A stretch of DNA of 64,000 bases from Candidatus Termititenax persephonae (GCA_003864475.1 BGZO01000002.1:16137-80136); one strand, 5' to 3'. Counted from the first letter of the stretch, positions 19,162 to 35,557 are shown. Translations and numbers: made by a program. Notes: a model not told the origin generated them from the letters alone.

Positions 19162-19443
19162 CTATTTCGGCAAAATCAATTTAACCGCAGTTTCGGGAAA
19201 ACATTTGTAATAGTCCGCGACCCAGTAAGCTAACTTGACCAGATTTTCATCAAAACTTGGCTCGGCCGTTATTTTTTGAATCGGAATGGTTTTAAAATCT
19301 GGCTCGGCCACAAAACGTAAAATATAACCGCTGTATGGCTTATGGCGCAAAGTCGCTGCCACCGCACAGCCAATCTTCGCCTCGTCTGGCACGGCATAAG
19401 TGTAAATCTTTTTATTGATATAGATTTCCGCAAATTTAGCCAT
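19162..19443 (-). pseudogene. priA: priA N-terminal fragment (93 codons; helicase core absent)
   Basis: MAKFAEIYINKKIYTYAVPDE...LVKLAYWVADYYKCFPETAVKLILPK matches the N-terminal DNA-binding region of primosomal protein N'. Its ATG overlaps the coaBC stop by 8 nt, in the conserved gmk-rpoZ-coaBC-priA order. The ORF stops at 19162, next to the TA cassette. Confidence 0.7.
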
Positions 19444-20575
19444 GCATATCCGCGGCAATCCGCTCCATGATTTTCTCGGCAACTTTAATCTTGGGCAACA
19501 GCTCCAGCGTCTCGATTTTGCCGTGCTTGTCCAGTAAGATTGCCGTCGACTCGTTACTGCCCAGCGCGGAGACAGCATTGGCGACAATCAAGTCTAAGCC
19601 TTTTTCTTTTAGTTTTTTCTCGGCGTTTTCCCGCAAAGCAGTACTCTCCAAGGCAAAACCAACGAGGTATTGCCCCTTTCTTTGTCCGGCAAAATACTTG
19701 AGCAAATCTGCGGTCTTGGTCAATTCGATAGTCAGCCTTTCCTGTCCGGACTTTATCTTGACCGGGCTGACCCGCGCCGCCCGATAATCCGCCACCGCCG
19801 CCGCCATAATCAAAACATCTACTGCGGCAAAATGTTCGGCAATTTTTTCCTGCAAACCCTGCACGTCATAAGCAGAGGCATCAATGTACACCACGTCCGC
19901 ACCCGCCTGCTCGGCGGCCTCCGCCAAAGCCAAACCCATCTTGCCGGAAGAATTATTGGCCAGCACCCTGACCGAATCCAGCGGCTCGCGCGTCCCGCCG
20001 CCTGTTATCAAAATCTTTTTGCCGCGCAGTTTTTCGGTCAAGCCGAGCAGCTCATCAATCTTCCGCACAATCACTTGATTGTCGGGGTAACGTCCGGTAC
20101 CCTGCGTGCCGCACGCCAGATAACCCGTTTCCGGCTCGATTAGCACACAGCCGCTGTCCCTTAATTTTTGTAAATTTATTTGCGTGAGTTTATTGGCATA
20201 CATATTGGCGTTCATCGCGGGGACGAGCAATTTCGGACACTGAGCGGCTAAGAAAGAAGTGGTCAAAATATTGTCTGCCAAACCATTGGCTAGTTTGGCA
20301 ATAGTATTGGCCGTCGCCGGGGCAAGCACAAAAAGCGCGGCATCCTCGACCAGCGCAATATGCGGCACAGGCGCGTCGCCGGGCGCAAAAGCCTCACTGC
20401 AAACCGGGCGGCGGGACACGGCGCGGAAAGTCAAGGGCGCCACAAAACGAGCGGCATTTTCGGTCATGACTACCTGCACGTCATGGCCGCTTTTTTTTAA
20501 GAAGCTGACCAGGCCAACGGCCTTATAACAAGCGATGCCGCCTGTTACACCCACGATGATTTTCTTGCCGCGCAT
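19436..20575 (-). CDS. coaBC: Phosphopantothenoylcysteine decarboxylase / phosphopantothenate-cysteine ligase
   Basis: 379 aa. N-terminal flavoprotein motif GVTGGIACYKA and a C-terminal CoaB domain. Confidence 0.9.
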   Translation of the reverse strand: MRGKKIIVGVTGGIACYKAVGLVSFLKKSGHDVQVVMTENAARFVAPLTFRAVSRRPVCSEAFAPGDAPVPHIALVEDAALFVLAPATANTIAKLANGLADNILTTSFLAAQCPKLLVPAMNANMYANKLTQINLQKLRDSGCVLIEPETGYLACGTQGTGRYPDNQVIVRKIDELLGLTEKLRGKKILITGGGTREPLDSVRVLANNSSGKMGLALAEAAEQAGADVVYIDASAYDVQGLQEKIAEHFAAVDVLIMAAAVADYRAARVSPVKIKSGQERLTIELTKTADLLKYFAGQRKGQYLVGFALESTALRENAEKKLKEKGLDLIVANAVSALGSNESTAILLDKHGKIETLELLPKIKVAEKIMERIAADMHG

Positions 20576-20590
20576 AAGGAATGGGGTTGC

Positions 20591-20869
20591 TTATTTTTCG
20601 CTTTTCTTTTTAGTTTTTTTGATGTTTTCAATAATCCTAGCGCCCGTCGACTCGATAGCATCCTGCGGCTCGTCCAGCACAATCTCCGCCTTGATTTTAT
20701 CCTCGTTAATCTCGCCCAGCGCGACCAACAAATCATTGTCATCTTCGGCGTGTTCAACCTGCGGAATCGCGCCATCCTTGAGCTGTCTAGCCCTTTTGGC
20801 GGCCACCACCGACAACATAAAATTATTGTCCAGCTTTTTCAAAACTTCTTCCAAAACTATCTCTTTCAT
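20591..20869 (-). CDS. rpoZ: RNA polymerase omega subunit
   Basis: 92 aa with NNFMLSVVAAKRARQL, in the conserved position after gmk. Confidence 0.8.
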   Translation of the reverse strand: MKEIVLEEVLKKLDNNFMLSVVAAKRARQLKDGAIPQVEHAEDDNDLLVALGEINEDKIKAEIVLDEPQDAIESTGARIIENIKKTKKKSEK

Positions 20870-20881
20870 CTTTTGCTCCTT

Positions 20882-21445
20882 TTAACTTATAGCTTTCGCT
20901 TTTATTTCTTTATTGATTATTTTATTTATTTCTTGCACGCAAGTGTCCAAATCTCTATTGACCACCTGATAATCATATTCTCGCGCCTTGCCAATCTCGC
21001 CGCGCATGGCCGCCAGCCTAATCCGCAGGGTCTCCTCCGTCTCTGAGCCGCGAACTTTTATCCGCCTGACCAGTTCCCTGGCTGACGGCGGCAGAATAAA
21101 AATCGAACGCAACTCTTTAAATAAAAGGCGCAAATTAATGCCGCCCTGCACGTCAACCTCGAACAGCACATTTTTGCCCGCGCTCAACATTTTCCGCACC
21201 TGTGTGCGTCCCGTGCCGTAATAGTTGCCATGCACCTGCGCGTACTCCAAAAATTCTCCGTCCGCAATCATTTGCTCAAAAACGGCACAGCTTACGAAAC
21301 AATAGTTTACACCATCCGCCTCGTCAGCCCTTGGCGGACGTGAGGTGTACGACACAGAAACACTCAAATCCCCGCGGGTTTTTAAGATTTCCTGTATAAC
21401 CGTACCCTTGCCCACCCCCGACGGACCAGATATCACAAAGAGCAT
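20882..21445 (-). CDS. gmk: Guanylate kinase
   Basis: GPSGVGKGT P-loop, with the TSRPPR and NYYGT motifs. Confidence 0.95.
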   Translation of the reverse strand: MLFVISGPSGVGKGTVIQEILKTRGDLSVSVSYTSRPPRADEADGVNYCFVSCAVFEQMIADGEFLEYAQVHGNYYGTGRTQVRKMLSAGKNVLFEVDVQGGINLRLLFKELRSIFILPPSARELVRRIKVRGSETEETLRIRLAAMRGEIGKAREYDYQVVNRDLDTCVQEINKIINKEIKAKAIS

Positions 21446-21469
21446 AACTGTAATTTTAACACATAAAAA

Positions 21470-25660
<4,191 letters not shown>

Positions 25661-25709
25661 TTACTCCTCCTCATTTTTTCATAGCGCGTTTTGGCAACGC
25701 TGGTCTTTT

Positions 25710-28919
<3,210 letters not shown>

Positions 28920-29026
28920 GCCACTTGCCTCCTCGATATGCTAAGGAACACAAAACAACTTCCCAAGGTCTTCGCTTCTTTATAAAAAAGCAAAAACCCG
29001 GGAAGCTACTTTACCTAAGACAAACC

Positions 29027-29422
29027 TTACTTAATCTCAACCTTTGCGCCTTCTTTTTCCAGCTTTTCTTTAATCGTTTTGGCTTCTTCCGCGCCTATGT
29101 TTTCTTTCACAGGCTTCGGTGCGCCGTCCACTAAATCCTTGGCCTCTTTCAGACCGAGACCAGTAATCTCCCGCACCGCTTTTAGCACGTTGATTTTCTT
29201 GTCTCCCGCGCTGGTCAGGATAACGCTGACCGTAGAAGCGGCACCAGCATCGGCCCCGCCAGCTGCGCCACCCGCTGCCGGAGCAACGGCCACGGCCACA
29301 GGAGCGGCGGCAGTAACGCCAAACTTTTCCTCCAAGGCTTTGACCAAACCGTTCAATTCGAGAACGGAAAGTTTCTCCACCTTGTCGATAATCTCCTGGG
29401 CGACTGCAGTAACTTCCACCAT
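29027..29422 (-). CDS. rplL: Ribosomal protein L7/L12
   Basis: 131 aa with an Ala/Gly hinge and the C-terminal [22 protein letters not shown]. Confidence 0.97.
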   Translation of the reverse strand: MVEVTAVAQEIIDKVEKLSVLELNGLVKALEEKFGVTAAAPVAVAVAPAAGGAAGGADAGAASTVSVILTSAGDKKINVLKAVREITGLGLKEAKDLVDGAPKPVKENIGAEEAKTIKEKLEKEGAKVEIK

Positions 29423-29452
29423 TGTAAACTCACCTCCTCAAAAATAAAAATT

Positions 29453-29968
29453 CTATTGCGGCTTTTTTTCCGCCACGGCATTCAGGGCGTAGACTAATTT
29501 GCGCAACGGTCCCTGCACCACATTGACCAAACCCGTAATCGGCGACTGCAAGAGATAAACCAGTTTAGCCAAGAGGTCTTTCTGGCTCGGCAAAGCGGCC
29601 AGCTCTTTGATATCCGCCGCGCCGATAGCCTGCTTTTGAAAAACACCGCCCTTGACCGTAACCGAGTCATGTTCTTTGCAGAAGACCGCCAAGGCCTTGG
29701 CGGGAGCGACAGGCTCTTTGGCAAAAATATATGCCGTCGGCCCGGTCAACTGCTTCTCATCCACGGGGATTTGCAAATCCTTAAAAGCCAAGGCGACCAG
29801 CGTATTTTTGTACACACAATATTCGCCTTGCACAGAATGAATACTGCGGCGCAACTCATGGTCGTCAGCCACCGTCAAACCTTTATATTGAGAAAACATT
29901 ATCAAATCAGCGGCGGAAATCTTTTGTTTGATTTCCTCGACTAAAATTTTCTTGCTCTCTTTTACCAT
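29453..29968 (-). CDS. rplJ: Ribosomal protein L10
   Basis: I chose the start at ATG 29968 (MVKESKK...) because GGAGGAAG lies directly upstream. The listed ORF begins 11 codons earlier. Confidence 0.93.
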   Translation of the reverse strand: MVKESKKILVEEIKQKISAADLIMFSQYKGLTVADDHELRRSIHSVQGEYCVYKNTLVALAFKDLQIPVDEKQLTGPTAYIFAKEPVAPAKALAVFCKEHDSVTVKGGVFQKQAIGAADIKELAALPSQKDLLAKLVYLLQSPITGLVNVVQGPLRKLVYALNAVAEKKPQ

Positions 29969-29989
29969 TTCTTCCTCCGCAGGACTTAC

Positions 29990-30008
29990 GTTTTGCCACA
30001 AGCAAAAC
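29990..30008 (-). promoter_or_regulatory. Hairpin in the rplJ leader (possible L10 autoregulatory element)
   Basis: A 7-bp stem (GTTTTGC/GCAAAAC) with a 5-nt loop lies in the 56-nt rplA-rplJ spacer. This is an assignment by position only. Confidence 0.25.
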
Positions 30009-30024
30009 CGCCGACTTCTTGGGA

Positions 30025-30714
30025 TTAGTTGACGCTCGCCAAAACTTTCACTCCCGGACCCATGGTCGGTGCCAGATAAATGCCTTTTAAATAATTACCC
30101 TTGACCGTCGCGGGCTTGGCCTTCACAATCGCCTCGTACAAGGCCTCATAATTGGCTTTCAATTTCGGCACCTCAAAAGACTTCTTGCCAATAATCGTGT
30201 GAATTACCCCGGCCTTATCGGTTTTGTATTCTACCTTGCCGGCTTTCTGTTCGGCAATCGCCTTCGCCACATTCTGCACAACCGTGCCGGCTTTGGGCGT
30301 GGGCATCAGACCCTTGCGCCCCAGCACCTTACCCAGCTTAGCCACTTTGGGCATCATGTCGGGCGTTGCCAGCAGCACGTCAAATTCCGTAAAACCGCCG
30401 CTGATTTTCTCAACCAAGTCATCCGCGCCCACAAAATCCGCGCCGGATTTTTCAGCAATTTTGAGATTATCGCCGTTGGTAATCACCGCCACGGTTATTC
30501 TCTTACCCAAACCGCCCGGCAGGGACACCGCGCCGCGCACCATTTGCTCGCCTTTTTTGGGGTCAATGCCCAGCACAAAAGTCGCCTCGATAGTCTCATC
30601 AAACTTGGCGACCCCCAGTTCTTTGACTTTGGCCAAAGCCTCCTCCACCGCAAAAGTAGACTTGTCCTTCAGTAATTCCCGTTTGGCTCTGTATTTTTTA
30701 CCGTGCTTCGTCAT
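30025..30714 (-). CDS. rplA: Ribosomal protein L1
   Basis: 229 aa with typical L1 sequence (KFDETIEATFVLGIDPKK). Confidence 0.97.
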   Translation of the reverse strand: MTKHGKKYRAKRELLKDKSTFAVEEALAKVKELGVAKFDETIEATFVLGIDPKKGEQMVRGAVSLPGGLGKRITVAVITNGDNLKIAEKSGADFVGADDLVEKISGGFTEFDVLLATPDMMPKVAKLGKVLGRKGLMPTPKAGTVVQNVAKAIAEQKAGKVEYKTDKAGVIHTIIGKKSFEVPKLKANYEALYEAIVKAKPATVKGNYLKGIYLAPTMGPGVKVLASVN

Positions 30715-30727
30715 TTTACTCTCCTCA

Positions 30728-31192
30728 TTAATCCGTTACGTCCACGCCCATCGAGCGGCACGTACCAGCAATTACGCTGACCGCCGTCTTTTCGTCATAG
30801 CAATTGAGGCCTTCCATTTTTTGCTTGGCTATCTCCAAGAGCTTGGCGCGGGTAATCTGTCCGACTTTATTTTTATTCGGCACGGCTGACCCTTTGGGGA
30901 TATTCAAGGCCTTGCAAATCAGCGCCGAAGCCGGGGGAGACTTGAGCTTAAAAGTGAAAGTACGGTCGCTGTAAACGGAAATGTCCACGGGTATAATCTG
31001 CCCGGCCTTGTCCTTGGTCTGGTCATTGTAGGCCTTGCAAAAATCCATGATATTGAGGCCATGCTGACCGAGAGCCGGACCGACTGGCGGAGCAGGATTC
31101 GCCTTGCCCGCCTCAATCTGCAGTTTGACAATAGTTACCAGCTGTTTGGGGCCGCCCGCCGCTGGTTTTCCGCCTTTGCCTTTTTCACCCAT
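30728..31192 (-). CDS. rplK: Ribosomal protein L11 (with a Gly/Lys-rich N-terminal extension)
   Basis: Contains [34 protein letters not shown]. Confidence 0.95.
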   Translation of the reverse strand: MGEKGKGGKPAAGGPKQLVTIVKLQIEAGKANPAPPVGPALGQHGLNIMDFCKAYNDQTKDKAGQIIPVDISVYSDRTFTFKLKSPPASALICKALNIPKGSAVPNKNKVGQITRAKLLEIAKQKMEGLNCYDEKTAVSVIAGTCRSMGVDVTD

Positions 31193-31210
31193 TGTTCTTT
31201 AACTCCCGCC

Positions 31211-31834
31211 TTAGTTACTGTTTTTCTCAACCTGGTTGAAGTCCAGCTCCATCGGAGTAGACCGCCCAAAAATCGCAATCAAAACCTTGACTTTGCCGCG
31301 TTCCGGCAAAATCTCCTGAATCTGTCCCTCATAACCGCGGAACGGACCGGAAATCACCTTAACACTCTCGCCCACCTCAAAATCCACGACCGTGCGTGTA
31401 ACTTTCTCACCAATCTGCATCAACATCTGCTTGATGTCTTTTTCCGGCACAGGCTCGGGAACTTCTGCGCCGATAAATTTTGACACACCGTTAATCTTGC
31501 GAATCTCATACCACGTGTCGTCGTCCCTTTCCATATTGATAAAGACATAACCGGGATACATCATTCTCTTGCGCGTCTTTTGTTTATTGTTCTTGACCTC
31601 GGAAATGTTTTCCTCGGGAATTAAGACTTTATGAATTTTCCCGCTTAATTTTAATTCCACCACTTTCTGCTCAATAGCGGCACAAACTTTTTTCTCATAG
31701 CCTGTAAAGACATGCAGGATAAACCACTCGCCCTGCAAATCCGCCAGAGACCCGCCCTCTGCCGCCGCAGTATTTTCTATATTTTCCGTGCTTCCCACGT
31801 CAACCAAGTTTGTTGTATTTTCCGTATCGCTCAT
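31211..31834 (-). CDS. nusG: Transcription termination/antitermination factor NusG
   Basis: NGN domain (WFILHVFTGYEKKV) and a C-terminal KOW domain (GESVKVISGPFRGYEGQI). Confidence 0.95.
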   Translation of the reverse strand: MSDTENTTNLVDVGSTENIENTAAAEGGSLADLQGEWFILHVFTGYEKKVCAAIEQKVVELKLSGKIHKVLIPEENISEVKNNKQKTRKRMMYPGYVFINMERDDDTWYEIRKINGVSKFIGAEVPEPVPEKDIKQMLMQIGEKVTRTVVDFEVGESVKVISGPFRGYEGQIQEILPERGKVKVLIAIFGRSTPMELDFNQVEKNSN

Positions 31835-31854
31835 TATCTTCCTTAAATAATATG

Positions 31855-32016
31855 CTATCTAAAAAACACCGCACCCAAGACCAAATCCAGCGCAAACAAA
31901 AACACAGTCAAAAGCGCGACGATTAGAAAAACCACGACCGTCATCTGCGCCACCCGCTGACCAGTCGGCCAGTCCACTTTTTTCATTTCCGTTTTTAGGT
32001 CTGCCCAAAATGCCAT
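31855..32016 (-). CDS. secE: Preprotein translocase subunit SecE (53 aa; below the ORF-track cutoff)
   Basis: My hand translation gives MAFWADLKTEMKKVDWPTGQRVAQMTVVVFLIVALLTVFLFALDLVLGAVFFR, with GAGGAA upstream. The gene sits in the canonical position between tRNA-Trp and nusG. Confidence 0.85.
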   Translation of the reverse strand: MAFWADLKTEMKKVDWPTGQRVAQMTVVVFLIVALLTVFLFALDLVLGAVFFR

Positions 32017-32101
32017 TTTTATTCCTCATTATATGGCAGACCGCCCTGCCCAACCCTTCTCCACACAAAAAACCATGCCTCACAGCCCGCTTACCTCCGT
32101 A

Positions 32102-32242
32102 CGCGCAGGTAAAGACGCGTTTGGCAGGTTGGCCGCCCCTGCGTCCCACACGCCTGCGCGCGCAAGGAAAGACGCGTTTGGCAGGTTGGCCGCCCCTGCG
32201 CCCCACACGCCTGCGCGCGCAAGGAAAAACGCGCTTGGCAGG
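32102..32242. repeat. 57-bp tandem repeat, about 2.5 copies, starting at the tRNA-Trp 3' end
   Basis: TTGGCAGG recurs at 32121, 32178 and 32235, a period of exactly 57. The units are near-identical (cgcgcaaggaaagacgcgtttggcaggttggccgcccctgcg[t/c]cccacacgcctg). Confidence 0.9.
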
Positions 32243-32311
32243 CGAGGCAGGAATCGAACCCGCAACCTACGGTTTTGGAGACCGCCACTCTACCAATTGA
32301 GCTACTCGCCT
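32236..32311 (-). tRNA. tRNA-Trp (anticodon CCA), CCA-3' encoded
   Basis: I folded a 76-nt cloverleaf by hand: acceptor AGGCGAG/CTCGCCT, anticodon loop CTCCAAA, T-loop TTCGATT. Confidence 0.9.
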
Positions 32312-32324
32312 AAACTGCCGGAAA

Positions 32325-32474
32325 CTATTTGGTTTCCTTGTGCGAAGTATGCTTCTTATCCCACTTGCAATATTTCTTCAACGTTAAACGCTCCGGGTTA
32401 TTGCGTTTTTCTTTCGTTGTTACATAATTTCGCCGTTTACAAACTTCACATTCCAGCGTGATTATCTCTCGCAT
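32325..32474 (-). CDS. rpmG: Ribosomal protein L33 (49 aa; below the ORF-track cutoff)
   Basis: My hand translation gives [49 protein letters not shown], with GGAG upstream. Confidence 0.9.
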   Translation of the reverse strand: MREIITLECEVCKRRNYVTTKEKRNNPERLTLKKYCKWDKKHTSHKETK

Positions 32475-32587
32475 CTTACCATGCTCCTATCCAAAAAGGG
32501 TCGACATTTAACTATAAGCGGCTGTTTGTGTCAACTGTCTTTTTTCAAGTTTTCATGTTAAGCTGGCGGTCGTGGGGGCAAGCACCT

Positions 32588-32812
32588 ATGTTGAGCAATG
32601 AGGCTCTGGAAAAAATCACTTCCCAAATGGTTCACGATGTGCGCACACCGCTGACTGTGCTGGGCATGTTGCACACCCTTTTGCAGGATTATCTCCCCAA
32701 AGTCCCTGAACTACAGGGCGAATTATCTATCCTCAAAGAGGAACTGGGCAAAATCGATAAAATCCTCGTCAAGTACCGCGCGGACTTGCGCGCCCAGCTG
32801 GAGCAAAAATGA
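32588..32812 (+). CDS. Stand-alone histidine-kinase DHp (HisKA) domain protein with no ATPase domain
   Basis: 74 aa from ATG 32588 (the listed GTG at 32528 is the alternative start). H-box SQMVHDVRTPLTVLGML is followed by a second helix. Its stop overlaps the response-regulator start (ATGA). Confidence 0.6.
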   Translation: MLSNEALEKITSQMVHDVRTPLTVLGMLHTLLQDYLPKVPELQGELSILKEELGKIDKILVKYRADLRAQLEQK

Positions 32813-34269
32813 CCAAAATACTTTTAGTCGACGACAGTCAAAACGAATTGATTTTGATGGAGCGTATCCTTAAAAAACATATCGCCAATCTCGAAACGCT
32901 GACCGCCTCGGGCGGCAAAGAAGCGCTCAAGTTAATCAAAAAAGAAAATCCGCAGGTCGTCTTGATGGACATTGAGATGCCGGTGCTGAGCGGCTTGGAT
33001 ACTCTGGTCGAAATCAAAAAAATATCCTCCAAGCTGCTCGTCATCATCATCACGGGCAAGGATTCCCAAGAGTACACCATCGATGCCATGAAAAAAGGTG
33101 CTTACGACTGCGTAACCAAAAATCATTGGGAAACCGAACTCCTGCCCGCCATCCACAAAGCCCTGCGTGCCAGCGAGATGATGAACGATGTCGTTACACT
33201 GCAAAACACTATGGACTTGCAGGATGTCAATCTCAACGTGCGCACCATCATCGGCCTCTCGCCCAAGATGCGCGAGGTTTACAAAAAAATCGGCATGATG
33301 GAGGGCAAGAGCGTGCCGGTCTTGCTGCTGGGGGAAAGCGGCACGGGCAAAGAAATCGTCGCCCGTAATATATATCATGAGTCCGAGCGCAAAGATAAAA
33401 CATTCTTGGCCATCAACTGCGCGGCGATACCTGAAGCCCTGCTCGAAGCGGAATTATTCGGCTATGAAAAAGGCGCGTTCACGGGGGCAGTCGAGCGCAA
33501 GATTGGCAAGTTTGAGTTGTGCAATGGCGGCACGATTTTTCTTGACGAGATTGGCGACATGCCGATGTCCCTGCAAGCCAAGATTCTGCGCGTTCTGCAG
33601 GAACATGCGCTGGATAGAGTGGGCGGCATGGAGACTATCAAGGTCGACGTGCGCGTCATTTCCGCTACCAATAAAAATCTGCAGGAACTAATCGCTGAAA
33701 ATAAATTTCGCGAAGATTTGTACTATCGGCTCAATATCGTCGAAATCCACCTGCCCCCCTTGCGGGAAAAAACCGAGGATATTCCCGACCTCGTGGCGTA
33801 TTTTATCAAGCGTTTCAATTATGAATTTGGCCGGAACATCTCGGAAATCCCCAAAAAAGTCATGGAGCAGCTGAAAAAATACGCTTGGCCCGGCAACGTG
33901 CGTGAATTGGAAAACACCATCAAACGCGCGGTGGTTACGACAATCAAAGGACACATTCTGCAGCTGGACATCAAGTCTCTCGGCACGAATGACCAAGAGC
34001 CAGTCCCCGCCAGCGAACCGTCTATTCTCGATAAGGCCTTTGACCCCGCCACGCCGCTCGACGCGCTAATCGACGCTGTGGCCGACTCATTGCTGGAGCG
34101 TATGCTCATCATGCCCGAAAGCGACCCGGAACGCCGCGACCTGATTGGCAAGCTGGAGAAAACCCTCATCACCAAGGCCCTCTGCAAACTGGACAACAAT
34201 CAGGTGCGTACTGCCAAGCTGCTGGGCATTACCCGCAACACCCTGCGTAGCCGCATCGAAAAATTATGA
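32809..34269 (+). CDS. Sigma54-dependent response regulator (NtrC family: REC, AAA+, Fis-type HTH)
   Basis: REC domain (LLVDD, VLMDIEMP), Walker A GESGTGKE, the GAFTGA sigma54-contact loop, LDEIGDM, and C-terminal RTAKLLGITRNTLRSRIEKL. Confidence 0.92.
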   Translation: MTKILLVDDSQNELILMERILKKHIANLETLTASGGKEALKLIKKENPQVVLMDIEMPVLSGLDTLVEIKKISSKLLVIIITGKDSQEYTIDAMKKGAYDCVTKNHWETELLPAIHKALRASEMMNDVVTLQNTMDLQDVNLNVRTIIGLSPKMREVYKKIGMMEGKSVPVLLLGESGTGKEIVARNIYHESERKDKTFLAINCAAIPEALLEAELFGYEKGAFTGAVERKIGKFELCNGGTIFLDEIGDMPMSLQAKILRVLQEHALDRVGGMETIKVDVRVISATNKNLQELIAENKFREDLYYRLNIVEIHLPPLREKTEDIPDLVAYFIKRFNYEFGRNISEIPKKVMEQLKKYAWPGNVRELENTIKRAVVTTIKGHILQLDIKSLGTNDQEPVPASEPSILDKAFDPATPLDALIDAVADSLLERMLIMPESDPERRDLIGKLEKTLITKALCKLDNNQVRTAKLLGITRNTLRSRIEKL

Positions 34270-34826
34270 AACTAATCGTGGGTCTGGGCAATCCCGGACA
34301 GGAATACACGCTGACCAGGCACAATATCGGTTTTATGTTGCTGGACAAATTGGCCGCCGGGCAAGAATTTCGCTCCAAAAAATTCCAAGCACTCTCGGCA
34401 GAAATTTTCCGCGATGGCGTAAAAATCAGCCTGCTCAAACCGCAGACTTTTATGAACTCTTCCGGCGAGGCAGTACGCGCCGCGCTGGATTTTTACAAAA
34501 TCTCCGCGCTAAATCTGCTCGTGCTGTCCGACGACCTAGATCAGGATTTTGGCGCGGCGCGTTTCCGTGCCAAAGGCTCGTCCGGCGGACACAACGGCTT
34601 GAAGTCCATCATCGCCCGGCTGGGACACGAAAACTTTGCGCGGGTCAAGCTGGGCATTGGCAAGCCGCCGCGCCCAGAGCAGACGCTGGACTATGTGCTG
34701 GGCAAATTTACCGTCGCGGAGCAGGAGCAACTGCCCGCCATCTTGGACAAAGGGCTGGGGTTAATCAATAAGTGGCTGACTCACCCCGCCGCCGCTAATT
34801 ATGATTTATCTACGGGGGGGAAATAA
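34266..34826 (+). CDS. pth: Peptidyl-tRNA hydrolase
   Basis: Motifs LIVGLGNPGQEYTLTRHNIGF and GGHNGLKS. Confidence 0.95.
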   Translation: MKLIVGLGNPGQEYTLTRHNIGFMLLDKLAAGQEFRSKKFQALSAEIFRDGVKISLLKPQTFMNSSGEAVRAALDFYKISALNLLVLSDDLDQDFGAARFRAKGSSGGHNGLKSIIARLGHENFARVKLGIGKPPRPEQTLDYVLGKFTVAEQEQLPAILDKGLGLINKWLTHPAAANYDLSTGGK

Positions 34827-34828
34827 CT

Positions 34829-35557
34829 ATGTTCAAGCTCATACCCGCCATTGACATACTCGGCGGACAGGTCGTACGCCTGACCAAGGGCGATTATGCC
34901 CACAGCACCGTGTACGACGCGCATCCAGCCGCCGTCGCGCGGAAATGGGAAAAGGCGGGCGCGCGGCTGATTCATTTGGTGGACTTGGATGGAGCCAAGG
35001 CCGGGCGGCCAGTCAATCTAGAGAGTCTGAGCAAGATTCGCGCGGCCGTGTCCTGTGCGCTGGAAGTCGGCGGCGGCCTGCGCACGGAAGCCGCTGTGGA
35101 GAAAATTTTAGCTCTCGGCATCGACTACGCCATCCTCGGCTCGGCCGCCTTGAAAGACCAGCCGCTGACCAAAAAACTCATCGAGAAATACGCGGACAAA
35201 ATCATCATCGGCATCGACGCGCGGCAGGGTCAAGCCGCCGCCGAGGGCTGGCTGGAGGATTCCGGGACGGACGCGCTGAATCTAATCAAGACCATGGAAA
35301 AAATCGGCGCACAAAAAATTATTTATACGGAGATAACCCGCGACGGCACTTTGGGCGGCGTGGACACGGGGCTGTACCAAAAGCTGGCGGACTATACTAA
35401 AATTGAGATTATCGCTTCGGGCGGCGCCGCCTCCGTCGCGGACGTGCAGGGCCTGGCCCGGCTCCGCTTGGGCGGCGTGATTATCGGCAAGGCCTTATAC
35501 GAGGGGAAAATACCTCTCAGCCTGCTGGCACAAACAGAATGGGGGCAGGAGACCTGA
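34829..35557 (+). CDS. hisA: HisA-type ProFAR isomerase; no other his genes in the window
   Basis: Motifs IPAIDILGGQVVRL and the C-terminal SGG...VIIGKALYEG. Confidence 0.85.
   Translation: MFKLIPAIDILGGQVVRLTKGDYAHSTVYDAHPAAVARKWEKAGARLIHLVDLDGAKAGRPVNLESLSKIRAAVSCALEVGGGLRTEAAVEKILALGIDYAILGSAALKDQPLTKKLIEKYADKIIIGIDARQGQAAAEGWLEDSGTDALNLIKTMEKIGAQKIIYTEITRDGTLGGVDTGLYQKLADYTKIEIIASGGAASVADVQGLARLRLGGVIIGKALYEGKIPLSLLAQTEWGQET

Noticed and set aside
28920-29026. A possible rplL-rpoB attenuator or terminator in the 107-nt spacer.
   Set aside because: Only weak AU-rich or long-range pairings (CTTCCC...GGGAAG) are present, with no GC-rich stem followed by a U-tract. The evidence is insufficient to call it.
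31859-32461. ORFs of 96-142 aa covering the secE / 57-bp repeat / tRNA-Trp / rpmG interval, including the repeat-encoded RLAGWPPLRPTRLRAQGKT duplications.
   Set aside because: They run through a tRNA gene, the tandem repeats and the real 53-aa secE and 49-aa rpmG genes. The repetitive peptide is simply the translated DNA repeat.
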